64,000 nt of DNA from Candidatus Woesearchaeota archaeon (GCA_016930415.1 JAFGGS010000016.1:1359-65358), one strand, 5' to 3'. Positions 18,148-28,675 are shown, counted from the first letter of the stretch. The notes: generated from the sequence alone by a model not told the origin. Program-made: numbers and translations.

Positions 18148-19836
18148 CTAGACGCTCTTCACCATGTACGTGCCTTCCTTCTTGTAACCTAGCCTTCTGT
18201 AGTAATCCCGAACGCCAACACCTGATATCACCACGACCTTCACTTTTCCCTCATCCATCGCGATCCTCTCAGCCATCATCATCAGCCTTCGGCCAAAGCC
18301 CCTATGCTGAGCCTTCCCCCCGCCAGAAGTCCCGACCGCAACCGCGCTCCCATAAACGTGAAGCTCCCTGACGATAGCGCTAGAACCAGTAATCTCCTTC
18401 ACGAGCGGCTGAGAAGGGATCCTAAGCCTGCAAAAGCCAAGCAGCCTCTCACTCGCGTCCTCGAACGATATGAAGTACTCCTTGCCAAAAGAAGCGTTGT
18501 ACATGATGATCTTCTGACGGACAGGCTCCCTTATAGCCTCTCCTCTTATCTCGCGGCACCTGATGCACCTGCACTTCTCGCCATGCCTCTTCATCTCCTC
18601 ATCGATCATCTGGCGAAGATTAGTCCGATCGACCCCAGCAGCTGTCTGGCTGGTCGGGATGTCGCGCTGAACCCTCATGATCCTGACGTACTCAGGCACT
18701 GTTTTCTTGAAATCGCGAATCAGCCTCGCAGCCTGCGAAGTCGTGATCGGCTTGAACCTGCCCTTCTTCCACTCATCAAAAAGCCTGGTCCCCTTCAAGA
18801 CCATGCAAGGATAAAGCTTAAGCATGTCAGGCTTGAAATTAGAATTGTTGAAGAGCTCCTCCAAACCCTCAAGCTCCTTCTTAGGATCAACACCAGGAAG
18901 GCCTAGCATCATGTGAAAGTTCAACTTGAAACCCAAATCCTTCAAGGTCCTGATAGCGGTTATCGAATCATAGACTGAATGGCCCCTGCTGATCCTCTCA
19001 AGAGCCTCGTCATACACGCTCTGGACGCCGAGCTCGACGCGGGTACAGCCAAGCCTAAGAAGCTCCCTCGCATGCTTGAGACGAGCAAAGTCAGGACGGG
19101 TCTCGATCGTCAAGCCCACGCACTTCACAGCAGCCTTCTCATTCCTCAGCTGCACCTTCTCCAGCGTCGTCTTGCCAGCTGTCTTCAATGAGAGCAGCTT
19201 CTTGTGGATGCTCTTCACGCGGGAAGCGCTCCCGACCTCGCCAGGCAACCCGAAGAAACTCCTGAACCTCGATATGTCAAGAGAGCCTTTAGAGAAGAAC
19301 AACCTGGAAAAATCATTCATGGCCTTAAAGCAGTCCCTGACAAACGACTCCTTATAACCCTTAGGAAGAGAAGGGAACGTGCCGCCCATGATTATAAGCT
19401 CGACCTTAGAAGGATCCTGGCCAAGGACGACGTACTGCTCGAGCCTGTTGAACACTTGAAGATAAGGATCATAACGGTTCCTGATGGCGCGAAGAGTCGC
19501 CGGCTCCTTGCCAGTGTAGCTCTGAGGAACACTGCCAAACACGCTATCAACCCCGCCAGGGCACATCGAGCACCTGCCATGAGGGCAAGGCGCAGGCCTG
19601 GTCATGACAGCGACGACCGCTACGCCGCTTATAGTCCTCGTAGGCTTAGTCAAGAGATACTTCTTTAGGAACGGCAAGTCCTTCCTGGAAGCATGGAGCA
19701 AGACCTCTATGTCAGTCGGGTTGGACTTCACCTTGTGCCTCTTGCAAAGCTCCATCTTCTTCAAGGAAAGAGCGTGCTTGGAAGGCTTACTTTCTTTTAC
19801 AAAAGCTATTATCTCATCGAAAAAGCCGCTAGTCAT
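18148..19836 (-). CDS. elp3: Elp3 radical-SAM/GNAT tRNA uridine(34) acetyltransferase
   Basis: TRTISGVAVVAVM, CPHGRCSMCPGG, ETRPD, RVELGVQ, VRELHVYG, QHRGFG; start uncertain (19836 or 19860). Confidence 0.96.
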   Translation of the reverse strand: MTSGFFDEIIAFVKESKPSKHALSLKKMELCKRHKVKSNPTDIEVLLHASRKDLPFLKKYLLTKPTRTISGVAVVAVMTRPAPCPHGRCSMCPGGVDSVFGSVPQSYTGKEPATLRAIRNRYDPYLQVFNRLEQYVVLGQDPSKVELIIMGGTFPSLPKGYKESFVRDCFKAMNDFSRLFFSKGSLDISRFRSFFGLPGEVGSASRVKSIHKKLLSLKTAGKTTLEKVQLRNEKAAVKCVGLTIETRPDFARLKHARELLRLGCTRVELGVQSVYDEALERISRGHSVYDSITAIRTLKDLGFKLNFHMMLGLPGVDPKKELEGLEELFNNSNFKPDMLKLYPCMVLKGTRLFDEWKKGRFKPITTSQAARLIRDFKKTVPEYVRIMRVQRDIPTSQTAAGVDRTNLRQMIDEEMKRHGEKCRCIRCREIRGEAIREPVRQKIIMYNASFGKEYFISFEDASERLLGFCRLRIPSQPLVKEITGSSAIVRELHVYGSAVAVGTSGGGKAQHRGFGRRLMMMAERIAMDEGKVKVVVISGVGVRDYYRRLGYKKEGTYMVKSV

Positions 19837-19982
19837 ATGGAAACATCTCTTCAAGGTCACGAGCAGGAGGATGCTTTTTTTAAATTATCTGTTTAGAATG
19901 AGAGGACTGTGTTTTCCAACAAGCCAGAAAATAAAAACTTATATAAATCATTAGTTCCTGGGAAGACTCTGAGGGTTAGTCG

Positions 19983-21197
19983 ATGATACCAAGGCTTAGA
20001 AACTACACCGACATAGTGGGCAGGCAGGCCATCTCCAGGATCAAGGCTTCTTCAGAGAACCTCGTGGGAAAGCACGTCGTCCACGTCAACGCCACCTCCT
20101 CAGGAGGAGGAGTCGCAGAGATACTCAACACGCTCGTGTTCCTGATGGACGACCTCGAGATAGACGCGGGCTGGAGGGTCATCCTCGGAAGCCACTCGTT
20201 CTTCAAGGTCACGAAAGGATTCCACAACTCGCTTCAGGGAAAGCCAGGAAAGCTCACGACCAACAGGAAGAGCATATACCTGGAGTACTGCGAGAGGAAC
20301 GCGATGATAAATCACCTGGGAAAACACGACATCGTAGTTATACACGACCCGCAGCCTTTAGGCATGATCAACTACTACTCCAAGCACGGCAAGTGGCTCT
20401 GGAGATGCCACATAGACATATCAAACCCTAACCAGCAAGTCCTGGACTTCCTCGTACCCTACATCAAGAGATATGAAGGCGTGATCATCTCATCAGACAA
20501 GTTCAGGATAAAGACGCTAGACCGGCCGCAAGTGATAATCCCGCCCAGCATAGACCCCTTGTCAGTCAAGAACAAGGAAGTCGGAAGATACGCAGCAAAG
20601 AAGCTCCTGGCCAAGAAAGGCATAAGCCTGGACAAGCCGATAATCACTCAGATATCAAGGTTCGACCCGTGGAAAGGGACGCTTGGAGTCCTTAGGATGT
20701 ATGAGAAGATAAAAGAGAAAGTCGACTGCCAGCTGGTGCTCATGGGGGACATGGCAGCAGACGACCCCCAAGGGCCTGTGATGTACATGAAGATAAGCAA
20801 GCTCGCAGAGAAGATGAGAGACATACACCTCATAACAGAGAAGAACGACCTCTTGGTCAACGCCCTCCAGCAGGAATCAGCCCTGGTATTCCAGAACTCG
20901 CTCAAGGAAGGATTCGCACTCACAGTCTCAGAAGCGCTCTGGAAGAAGACGCCGGTCCTGGGAACCAATGTGGGCGGCATACCGCTGCAGATAATCAACG
21001 GGAAGAACGGCTACATAATAAAGGACTTGAACGACGGAGCAGAGAAAGCGATCAAGATACTCGAGGACAGCGCGCTTCGCAAAGAGCTGGGCAGGAACGG
21101 CCGCGAACACGTGAAGAACAACTTCCTGATCACAAGGCACCTGGAAGACTACCTGAACCTGTTCAATAAACTATACCCGCCAAGCAGCCTGAAGTAA
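19983..21197 (+). CDS. treT: GT4 glycosyltransferase, trehalose synthase TreT family
   Basis: HVNAT..GGGVAEIL, HDPQP, WRCHIDIS, ISRFDPWKG, EGFALTVSEALWK. Confidence 0.85.
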   Translation: MIPRLRNYTDIVGRQAISRIKASSENLVGKHVVHVNATSSGGGVAEILNTLVFLMDDLEIDAGWRVILGSHSFFKVTKGFHNSLQGKPGKLTTNRKSIYLEYCERNAMINHLGKHDIVVIHDPQPLGMINYYSKHGKWLWRCHIDISNPNQQVLDFLVPYIKRYEGVIISSDKFRIKTLDRPQVIIPPSIDPLSVKNKEVGRYAAKKLLAKKGISLDKPIITQISRFDPWKGTLGVLRMYEKIKEKVDCQLVLMGDMAADDPQGPVMYMKISKLAEKMRDIHLITEKNDLLVNALQQESALVFQNSLKEGFALTVSEALWKKTPVLGTNVGGIPLQIINGKNGYIIKDLNDGAEKAIKILEDSALRKELGRNGREHVKNNFLITRHLEDYLNLFNKLYPPSSLK

Positions 21198-21239
21198 GAA
21201 AAGAAAACAGTTTTATACTCTCGCTACTTCTGACCTCTA

Positions 21240-21992
21240 ATGATGTATGAGAAAAAGAAGGCTAAAGGTTCCAAGACTCTGGACCAGAGGAATACAGAGG
21301 ACGCAAGGGAAGAGCACCGAGTCCAGAAGCTCATCAGCAATTGGGGCTACTGCTCGAGACGCAAGGCTGAAGCCTTAATCGAGCAGGGAAAGGTGACTAT
21401 CAACGGCAAAGTCGCGGTGCTCGGAGACAAGGCCTCAGAGAAGGACAACATCCTGGCCGAAGGCAACTGGGTGAGGCCAGAGCGCAAGATCTACGTCATG
21501 TTCAACAAGCCAAGGCACTGCGCGACAGCGCTAGAAGACAAGTTCCAAAAGACGATCATGAGCTACATCCACCTCAAGGAGCGAGTCTTCCCGATAGGCA
21601 GGCTTGACTTCAACACAACAGGACTCCTCCTATTGACGAACGACGGCGACTTCGCAAACCAGATAATGCACCCAAGATACGAGATCAAGAAGACCTACGC
21701 GGTCGAGCTCGACCGTATGATAGACACGAGAAGCATAAAGAGGATAGAGCGAGGCCTAGAGCTCGACGACGGGATGACCGCGCCAGCAAGGGTGGAGAAG
21801 CTCCAGCGCAACAAGATAGAAGTCACGATCCACGAAGGCAAGAACAGGATCATCAGGCGGATGATGAAGCTCCTAGGCTACCACGTCGTGAGCCTGGAGC
21901 GGGTCAGGATAGGCAGGCTAGAACTCGGAAACCTGCCAGTAGGAAAGACAAGGCCTCTCACAGAAGAAGACAAGCAGAAGATATTCAGCTAG
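21240..21992 (+). CDS. rRNA pseudouridine synthase, RsuA/RluB family (S4 + catalytic domain)
   Basis: S4 domain RVQKLIS..GYCSRRKAE; FNKPR; GRLD.NTTGLLLLTNDG; EGKNRIIRRM. Confidence 0.93.
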   Translation: MMYEKKKAKGSKTLDQRNTEDAREEHRVQKLISNWGYCSRRKAEALIEQGKVTINGKVAVLGDKASEKDNILAEGNWVRPERKIYVMFNKPRHCATALEDKFQKTIMSYIHLKERVFPIGRLDFNTTGLLLLTNDGDFANQIMHPRYEIKKTYAVELDRMIDTRSIKRIERGLELDDGMTAPARVEKLQRNKIEVTIHEGKNRIIRRMMKLLGYHVVSLERVRIGRLELGNLPVGKTRPLTEEDKQKIFS

Positions 21993-24771
21993 AAGAACCG
22001 ATCTGATTCTCCCTAACGCAAGAGCCAGGCCCATACTTCCTCTCCTTGGCCTTGAGCAAGAGCTTCCTGACCTCATCATAGACTATGATTATCAGGCTGA
22101 ACAAGACAACGAGCCCCCAGTCCTCAAGGCTAAGAGGTGTAGTCTTGAAATAAGTCTGCATGAAGCTCGACTGGACGACCAGGATCTGCAACGCAAGAGA
22201 GATTCCGACTGCCACGAGAAGCATCTTGTTGCTCCACAAGCTGAAACTGAAGATCGACTTGGACTCGTGGCGGCAGTTGAACACGTTAGTCAACTGGAAG
22301 AACACTAGCAAGGTGAAAGCCATGGTGCTAGCCTTGACAGGGTTATCCTTGTACATCAAGAATATCAAGACAGTGCCCACGCCGATGATCACTCCAGCAA
22401 GGAGCCAGTCAAAGAAATGCCTCGACGTGATGATGCGCTCCTTAGGATTCCTAGGGCGGCGATTCATGATACCCTTCTCAGCGGGCTCGACGCCGAGCGC
22501 AAGAGCCGGGAGCACGTCAGTGCCCAGGTTAACCCAGAGTATCTGGACCGCTGTGATGAAGCCGTACTCTGGCGGCAGGAAAGGCAAGACCAGGAACATG
22601 GCCAGAAGAATCGCGATGATCTCGCCAAGGTTGCAGCTGAGCATGTACCTGATGAACTTGTTGATATTAGCATAGATAGTCCTTCCTTCCTCTATAGCGT
22701 TCACGATCGTGGCGAAGCTATCATCCGTGAGCACCATCTTGCTGGCCTCCTTGGAGACGTCAGTCCCTGTGATGCCCATGGCAACCCCTATGTCAGCCCT
22801 CTTAAGAGCAGGCGCGTCATTGACGCCGTCGCCAGTGACCGCCACGACCTCACCCTCCTTCATCAAGTGATCGACGATCCTCATCTTGTTAGCGGCAGTC
22901 ATCCTCGCAAAGATGGCTTCTCCCTCCAAGACGTGGGCGAGCTCGTCATCCTTCATCCTGTCAACCTCTACGCCAGTGACTATGATAGTCTTGTCAGACG
23001 CGATGTTGACCTGCCTCGCGATAGCCCTTGCAGTCAGGCCGTGATCGCCTGTGATCACGAAAATCTTGATGCCAGCGGCCTTGCACTTATCGACCGCGTC
23101 CCTCACCTCGATCCTGGGAGGATCGATCATCCCCTGCATTCCCTGGAACGTGAAGCCGGAATCCTTGATCTTAGAGAAGCTCTTAGCCTCCTTTCCCTTC
23201 AGGATCTTGAAAGCAAAGCCAAGCACCCTCAAGGCTTCAGAGCCCATCTGCTCATCCACCCTCTTGATCTTGAGCTTCTCCTGAGGAGAGAGCTTCTTGG
23301 ACTTGCCATTCACCTCGATCAAGGAACACCTCGAGAGGACAGCCTCTGGAGAACCCTTCATGAACGCGACGACCTCCTTCCTCTTCCCCGACCCTCGCTG
23401 GTGGACTGTTATCATCATCCTCTTGTTGCTCGAGAAAGGCATCTCAAACATGCGAGGGTATTCATCCTTCACGCTCTCATGCGCAAGGCCCGCCTTCTCA
23501 GCGCTCACTATGAGCGCACCCTCAGTGGGGTCGCCTATTATGGTCCAACGTCCGCGCTCATCCTTGAGCACGGCGTTGTTGCAAAGCGAGCCAGTCCTCA
23601 AGAGGCTCAGTAGCGATCCGTCTGTGTAAGCGTTGTTCTTCAGGAGAAAGTGGCCTCTAGGCTCGTAGCCCTCGCCCTCCACGTCGATCAAGCACCCATT
23701 AAGATAAAGCTTCTTTACAGTCATCTCGTTCTTGGTCAAGGTACCTGTCTTGTCAGTGCAGATGACTGTCGTGCTGCCGAGGGTCTCGACGCTTGAGAGC
23801 TTGCGCACGATAGCCTTCCTCTTAGCCATCCTCTGCACCCCTAGAGCAAGGGCAATCGTCATGGTGGCAGGGAGGCCTTCAGGGACTGCCGCGACTCCAA
23901 GACTCACTGCGAACAAGAGCATGTCGACGAAAGGACGGCCAGAGAGCAGTCCCATCCCGAAGACAAGGAGGCATATTAAGAACGTGGCCTTGGCCAGGAA
24001 CTTGCCGACATTCACGAGCTCCTTCTGGAGCGGACTCTTCTCCTCCTTGATCTCAGCAGTGAGGCCGGCGATCTTGCCAAACTCAGTCATCATGCCGGTC
24101 TCGACGACTATAGCCTTGCACCTGCCGCTAGTAATAGTGGTTCCCATGAACAGCATATTAGTCTGCTCTGCCAGGGGAACTGCCTTGTCAGACAAGGCTT
24201 TCTCTGACTTGTTCCTAGGGACGCTCTCGCCAGTGAGCGCAGCCTCATCGACTTGGAGCAGGCTCACCTCGAGTATCCTGACGTCAGCAGACACCCTAGT
24301 CCCCTCCTCCAATAGCACGATGTCGCCTGGCACGAGCTCCTCTACAGGGATGACCTTCTCGTCCCGATCCCTAATCACGGTCGTCTGGGGAGCCATCATC
24401 CTCTTCAAGGCCTCGATCGCCTTCTCAGCCTTGTACTCCTGGATCACTCCTATGATCGCGTTCAGGATGACTATGAAGAATATTATCGTGGCGTCAACAT
24501 CCTCTCCCAGGAAGAACGCGATCACTCCCGCAATCATAAGTATGACTACCATGAGCTCGGATAACTGGGAGAAGAACTTCTGGATTATCGAGGATTTCTT
24601 GGCAGCTTCCAGCTTGTTCTTGCCATACTTCTCAAGCCTTGAACGAGCCTCGTCAGTAGAAAGGCCGTCCTCCGTAGAGCTGGCAAGGTTGCGGACAGCA
24701 TCCTCTGGAGTCATCGAATAAAACAATCTATCAGTCACCCCTTTTCCAAATCCCAAAAATAAGGAATACAA
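21985..24771 (-). CDS. Cation-transporting P-type ATPase (type II, Ca2+-like); likely start MTPED at 24714
   Basis: LTGES, VPEGLP, DKTGTLT phosphorylation site, KGSPE, DPPR, TGDH, GDGVNDAP. Confidence 0.96.
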   Translation of the reverse strand: MYSLFLGFGKGVTDRLFYSMTPEDAVRNLASSTEDGLSTDEARSRLEKYGKNKLEAAKKSSIIQKFFSQLSELMVVILMIAGVIAFFLGEDVDATIIFFIVILNAIIGVIQEYKAEKAIEALKRMMAPQTTVIRDRDEKVIPVEELVPGDIVLLEEGTRVSADVRILEVSLLQVDEAALTGESVPRNKSEKALSDKAVPLAEQTNMLFMGTTITSGRCKAIVVETGMMTEFGKIAGLTAEIKEEKSPLQKELVNVGKFLAKATFLICLLVFGMGLLSGRPFVDMLLFAVSLGVAAVPEGLPATMTIALALGVQRMAKRKAIVRKLSSVETLGSTTVICTDKTGTLTKNEMTVKKLYLNGCLIDVEGEGYEPRGHFLLKNNAYTDGSLLSLLRTGSLCNNAVLKDERGRWTIIGDPTEGALIVSAEKAGLAHESVKDEYPRMFEMPFSSNKRMMITVHQRGSGKRKEVVAFMKGSPEAVLSRCSLIEVNGKSKKLSPQEKLKIKRVDEQMGSEALRVLGFAFKILKGKEAKSFSKIKDSGFTFQGMQGMIDPPRIEVRDAVDKCKAAGIKIFVITGDHGLTARAIARQVNIASDKTIIVTGVEVDRMKDDELAHVLEGEAIFARMTAANKMRIVDHLMKEGEVVAVTGDGVNDAPALKRADIGVAMGITGTDVSKEASKMVLTDDSFATIVNAIEEGRTIYANINKFIRYMLSCNLGEIIAILLAMFLVLPFLPPEYGFITAVQILWVNLGTDVLPALALGVEPAEKGIMNRRPRNPKERIITSRHFFDWLLAGVIIGVGTVLIFLMYKDNPVKASTMAFTLLVFFQLTNVFNCRHESKSIFSFSLWSNKMLLVAVGISLALQILVVQSSFMQTYFKTTPLSLEDWGLVVLFSLIIIVYDEVRKLLLKAKERKYGPGSCVRENQIGSSS

Positions 24772-24915
24772 TCACGCAGCTCATTTATTAATGTTTTGCT
24801 TTGAGAAGAAGGCTGTGCGCGCACTCTGCGAACATAGGCAAATGACGTCCCAAGGCCCACGAGACGCTCAGTCCCTGATTTTTCAGTTAGATTTTTATAT
24901 CCTTAAGGCCATTGA

Positions 24916-27213
24916 GTGATCATATTAATGAAAAGGGGTGGAGTAAGAGGACCAGTGCCTGAGATGACGCTATTAGTAGCCTTGGCATTCTTCTCTCTCA
25001 TAACGATCCCCGAGCTCTCTTCTGCAGCTGCTTGCGACGCCACCAACACGCCCCAGATGAATTCCAGGACGATCCTGTTCGCGCTTGACGAGGGAGGAGA
25101 GCTATTGCACGACTTCAACCTCACCAACATGGACGAAGCAGGGGTCAAGTATACCTACGCGTTCCTGGAGAACTCGTTCACAGGAATAATCCTGGACTCG
25201 AAAGGATTGATGAGCTTTGCTCCGGATGAGGACGACTCGGGAGAAGCCATCCTGGTGTTGGTCGCGGCCAAGGACGCCTGCGCAGGCACACTGATAATCA
25301 CGATCAGGGTCGCGCCAAGGCCGAGGATAACCTTGAAGATCCCTGAAGAACAGGTGATAGAGCTCAATCTCAGCCAGAACGTCTCCTTTAAAGTGGATGC
25401 AGAGACGCCCCTTGAGAACAAGACCTTGTTCTATGAATGGCTGCTGGACAACACCAAGACCGGAGACGGAAAGGAATACGTCCTGCATACTGGATACAAG
25501 CTGTACGGAGAGCACAACGTCACTGTGAGAGTCAAGGACACCAGGGGACTCTTAGCAGAGCATGTCTGGCTCGTCAGGATAGCCAAGGTGAACCTGGCCC
25601 CCATCCTGCTGCAGGACATACCTGGGGCAGTCATATTCAAGAACGCCGCCTCAGGAGCATACTTCCTGGAAGACTACTTCTTCGACGCGGAGAGAGGCAA
25701 GATGACCTTCACAGGCAGACAAGTGCTTCCCACCTACAGCACGCTCACATACGCGAATGTAAGTGCAGAGATAGGCCCTGACAGCTACGTCACATACAAC
25801 CCTGCCACTAACAGCACAGGCCTCGCTTACTACATATTCACTGCCAAGGACCAGGAGGGGCTCACGACAGAGAGCAACATGGTGAAGGTCGACGTCCTCA
25901 AGGAGCAGCAGGTCAGAAACATCAGTTCAGTCCAGGTAACCACGTTCTGCGGGGACTACAGCTGCAACTCAGAAGAGAACTGCAGCAGCTGCTCATTCGA
26001 CTGCGGCTTATGCAACGAAGGCTCGCTCCAGGGATGCATGCCTAAGTGGAACTGCACCCAATGGACTGAATGCCCGCCGTCAGGAGTCCAGTTCAGGAAC
26101 TGCACTGACATAAACGAGTGCGGAGACTCAAGGTCCATGCCGGACACGTCAAAGACCTGCCAATACCTTGCAAGGTGCGACGACGGCCTGAAGAACGGCC
26201 TGGAGGAAGGAGTCGATTGCGGCGGTCCCTGCAACCCATGCGCCAACTGCACAGATCGCAAGAAGAACCAGGGAGAAGAAGGAGTGGATTGCGGCGGTCC
26301 CTGCCGCCCGTGCGCAGCCTGCAACAACGGGCGCCTGGACCTTAACGAGACAGACATAGACTGCGGCGGAAGCTGCCTTCCATGCGAGGCTAACAAGACC
26401 TGCCAGCAGGGAAAGGATTGCAAGAGCCTCAATTGCACCCAGAAAAGATGCGCAGAAGCCTCGTGCTTCGACGGGGTGAAGAACCAGCATGAGGAGAAGA
26501 TAGACTGCGGCGGCCCCTGCGAGGCGATATGCGCGAACTGCACTGACGGCGTCCAGAACGGGAACGAGCAAGGAGTGGATTGCGGCGGCCCTTGCCGCCC
26601 TTGCGCGACGTGCGACGATGGCGAGAAGAACGACGGAGAATTCCTAACAGACTGCGGAGGGCCGTGCAGGAGGTGCGGATTGACAGATCTGATAGGGGAA
26701 TATCTCATGTTCTTCATAATACTCGGGTTCTTCGTCGTGTTCTCAATAATGACCCTGACAGGATACTTCTTCTTCCTATTGTCCAGGCCAGAAGAGGCAG
26801 AGAGGCTCTATGAGAGCGACACGATATTCGTGTTCCTGACAGAGCTCCATCACTTCTGCAGGATATGCAGGCGGATCGTGGGGCGCAAGAACTTCCTGCC
26901 GATAGACGACTACAACAGGTACAAGGGCCGGATAAGCGAATTCGCGATCAAGGAAGAATACACTAACAAGGAATTGTACAACATGATACTGGACGTGCTG
27001 AGCGCCATGCTCTCGCTCCCGCCGGACTTCGACGAGGACATGTTCTACAAGCGGATGAGAGGGATAGCCATGTCGCCCTTCATCAAGGTACTGCTGATAG
27101 GTTACTACAACAAGATAAGGATACTTGCGACGGACAACTTTATCCCGACAGAAGAACAGCAAGAGTTCATAACTGAGCTCAAGTTCCTGCTCTTAGAGCT
27201 GTCGAGAGCGTGA
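24916..27213 (+). CDS. Large surface protein: signal peptide, Ig/PKD-like domains, six C.DG.KN..E.GVDCGG.C repeats, TM, cytoplasmic tail
   Basis: Domain layout read from the translation; TM YLMFFIILGFFVVFSIMTLTGYFFFLL. Confidence 0.8.
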   Translation: MIILMKRGGVRGPVPEMTLLVALAFFSLITIPELSSAAACDATNTPQMNSRTILFALDEGGELLHDFNLTNMDEAGVKYTYAFLENSFTGIILDSKGLMSFAPDEDDSGEAILVLVAAKDACAGTLIITIRVAPRPRITLKIPEEQVIELNLSQNVSFKVDAETPLENKTLFYEWLLDNTKTGDGKEYVLHTGYKLYGEHNVTVRVKDTRGLLAEHVWLVRIAKVNLAPILLQDIPGAVIFKNAASGAYFLEDYFFDAERGKMTFTGRQVLPTYSTLTYANVSAEIGPDSYVTYNPATNSTGLAYYIFTAKDQEGLTTESNMVKVDVLKEQQVRNISSVQVTTFCGDYSCNSEENCSSCSFDCGLCNEGSLQGCMPKWNCTQWTECPPSGVQFRNCTDINECGDSRSMPDTSKTCQYLARCDDGLKNGLEEGVDCGGPCNPCANCTDRKKNQGEEGVDCGGPCRPCAACNNGRLDLNETDIDCGGSCLPCEANKTCQQGKDCKSLNCTQKRCAEASCFDGVKNQHEEKIDCGGPCEAICANCTDGVQNGNEQGVDCGGPCRPCATCDDGEKNDGEFLTDCGGPCRRCGLTDLIGEYLMFFIILGFFVVFSIMTLTGYFFFLLSRPEEAERLYESDTIFVFLTELHHFCRICRRIVGRKNFLPIDDYNRYKGRISEFAIKEEYTNKELYNMILDVLSAMLSLPPDFDEDMFYKRMRGIAMSPFIKVLLIGYYNKIRILATDNFIPTEEQQEFITELKFLLLELSRA
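26176..26670 (+). repeat. Tandem Cys-rich DCGG peptide repeats (6 copies)
   Basis: VDCGGPC, VDCGGPC, IDCGGSC, IDCGGPC, VDCGGPC, TDCGGPC at roughly 24-aa spacing, with one longer spacer. Confidence 0.9.
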
Positions 27214-27415
27214 GACTAGAGTGGTCTGGAACGTCCAGAAAGCTCATGGCTTGCGTTTTCAAGGCTTAAAAACAGCTTCGCTTCTAGTGTGATGATGTAA
27301 GAGTTCCCTGATTTTTACACTACTGGAGAGGGATAGCTTTAAAAACAGGAATCGCATACACCCCCATTAACAGAGATAAGACGTAAAGAGACTACACAAA
27401 AAAGATGATGCGTAT

Positions 27416-28675
27416 ATGTGGCGATTACTAGCACTGCCTGGAAAGAAACAGACCGCTGAAGCCTTCCTTCTCGACCCAGCGACCATTCGATGGATCGCCC
27501 TTGACGGCAAGACAGAAGGACAATCCTGGTTCTACCCGCCAACACTAAAAGCAGTGTACAACCACCACGAATTCTTCAACCCGCTGGCACAATACGAAGG
27601 AGTATTATCACTCTCAAGACTGGCGACCCTGAGCACGGCCGGACAGATGCACGACGCCGTGAAAGAGCACTACCTCAGGTTCTACCACTCCACGCCTGAA
27701 GAGATCGAAGAACAGATGAAGAAGGAAAGGCTACTGGATGAGAAGATGCGCCGGAAAGCCATGGCGCAATTCAAGAGGGATGGCAGTGAATTCGACAGAT
27801 CCCTATTCAACAGACGAAAAGGCCTAAGGGAAGGGACGCTCATAACTCCAAGCATCACAGAACGCCTGACAGTCCACGATGGATACAACCCTGTAGTGGA
27901 AGGAGAGCCCTTCGGAACCATAGCATTCGAACGCGCCGATGGTGACGTCATCTATACAGTCCATGAGATCCTGGGCGCCAAATACTTCGAGTGCCGCAGG
28001 ACGCCTGCAGAATACGGCGACCGACTATACGTACAGGACAGGATCGACAGGACGACCCAAGGATACTCATTCGACCTGGACTCAGACAGGATAAGATCCA
28101 ATAACTGGGAAATGGAAGAATGGCTCAAGGCAAGGATGGACGGTTCGCTCTGGAGGATGAGCGGAAGGGATACTGAACAGCTTGTCCTCAACTGCTGCTA
28201 CCGCATCACAGCCACCCTGAACAGAGAAGGCGGGATGCTGGATTCCAACATCGATCACGATATCCTGGACTCAGGAGAAGGATGGGCAGTCATAAAAGAG
28301 AGAGGGCCGCAGGCAAGAGCATACCTTTTCAGGGAGAAGAAATTCAAGCTGATAATGACCTATCTAGCGAACGGGGACGGAAAAGTCCACGCAACCTTCG
28401 CGACAAGAACCCCCTTCGAAGACATCAGGCTCAGGAATGTATATGCCAAGCTTAACAGCATGGAGCCTGAAGGCCTGGTGACCCTAGACAACAAGTGGGG
28501 AGGGAGCGATAACTGCGGAGGATCGCCCACAGAGACCGGGACTAAGCTGACACTAGACAAGATAGTCGGCACAGCTCTAAGCGAAACAGGCGCAAGATTC
28601 ACCCAGGTAAACGTCTCACCATATGAGGAGCCAGAGCTATCCTCACAGTTGATAAGGATGCGCCGCTCTGCATGA
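27416..28675 (+). CDS. Hypothetical protein, possibly a divergent DHH-like phosphoesterase
   Basis: IALDG..., VYNHHE..RLATLST, C-terminal WGGSDNCGGSP..GTKL. Confidence 0.55.
   Translation: MWRLLALPGKKQTAEAFLLDPATIRWIALDGKTEGQSWFYPPTLKAVYNHHEFFNPLAQYEGVLSLSRLATLSTAGQMHDAVKEHYLRFYHSTPEEIEEQMKKERLLDEKMRRKAMAQFKRDGSEFDRSLFNRRKGLREGTLITPSITERLTVHDGYNPVVEGEPFGTIAFERADGDVIYTVHEILGAKYFECRRTPAEYGDRLYVQDRIDRTTQGYSFDLDSDRIRSNNWEMEEWLKARMDGSLWRMSGRDTEQLVLNCCYRITATLNREGGMLDSNIDHDILDSGEGWAVIKERGPQARAYLFREKKFKLIMTYLANGDGKVHATFATRTPFEDIRLRNVYAKLNSMEPEGLVTLDNKWGGSDNCGGSPTETGTKLTLDKIVGTALSETGARFTQVNVSPYEEPELSSQLIRMRRSA

Noticed and set aside
15363-24721. Long antisense ORFs such as 15363-16058, 17040-18059, 18304-18906, 22417-23613 and 23732-24721
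   Set aside because: They lie opposite well-supported genes (uvrA, elp3, P-type ATPase) and are shadows of biased codon usage; they show no motifs.
24872-27316. 12-bp direct repeat TCCCTGATTTTT (24872-24883, 27305-27316) flanking the Cys-rich gene
   Set aside because: Many 12-mer repeats are expected by chance in 64 kb, and there are no terminal inverted repeats or mobility gene. At most a shared promoter motif.
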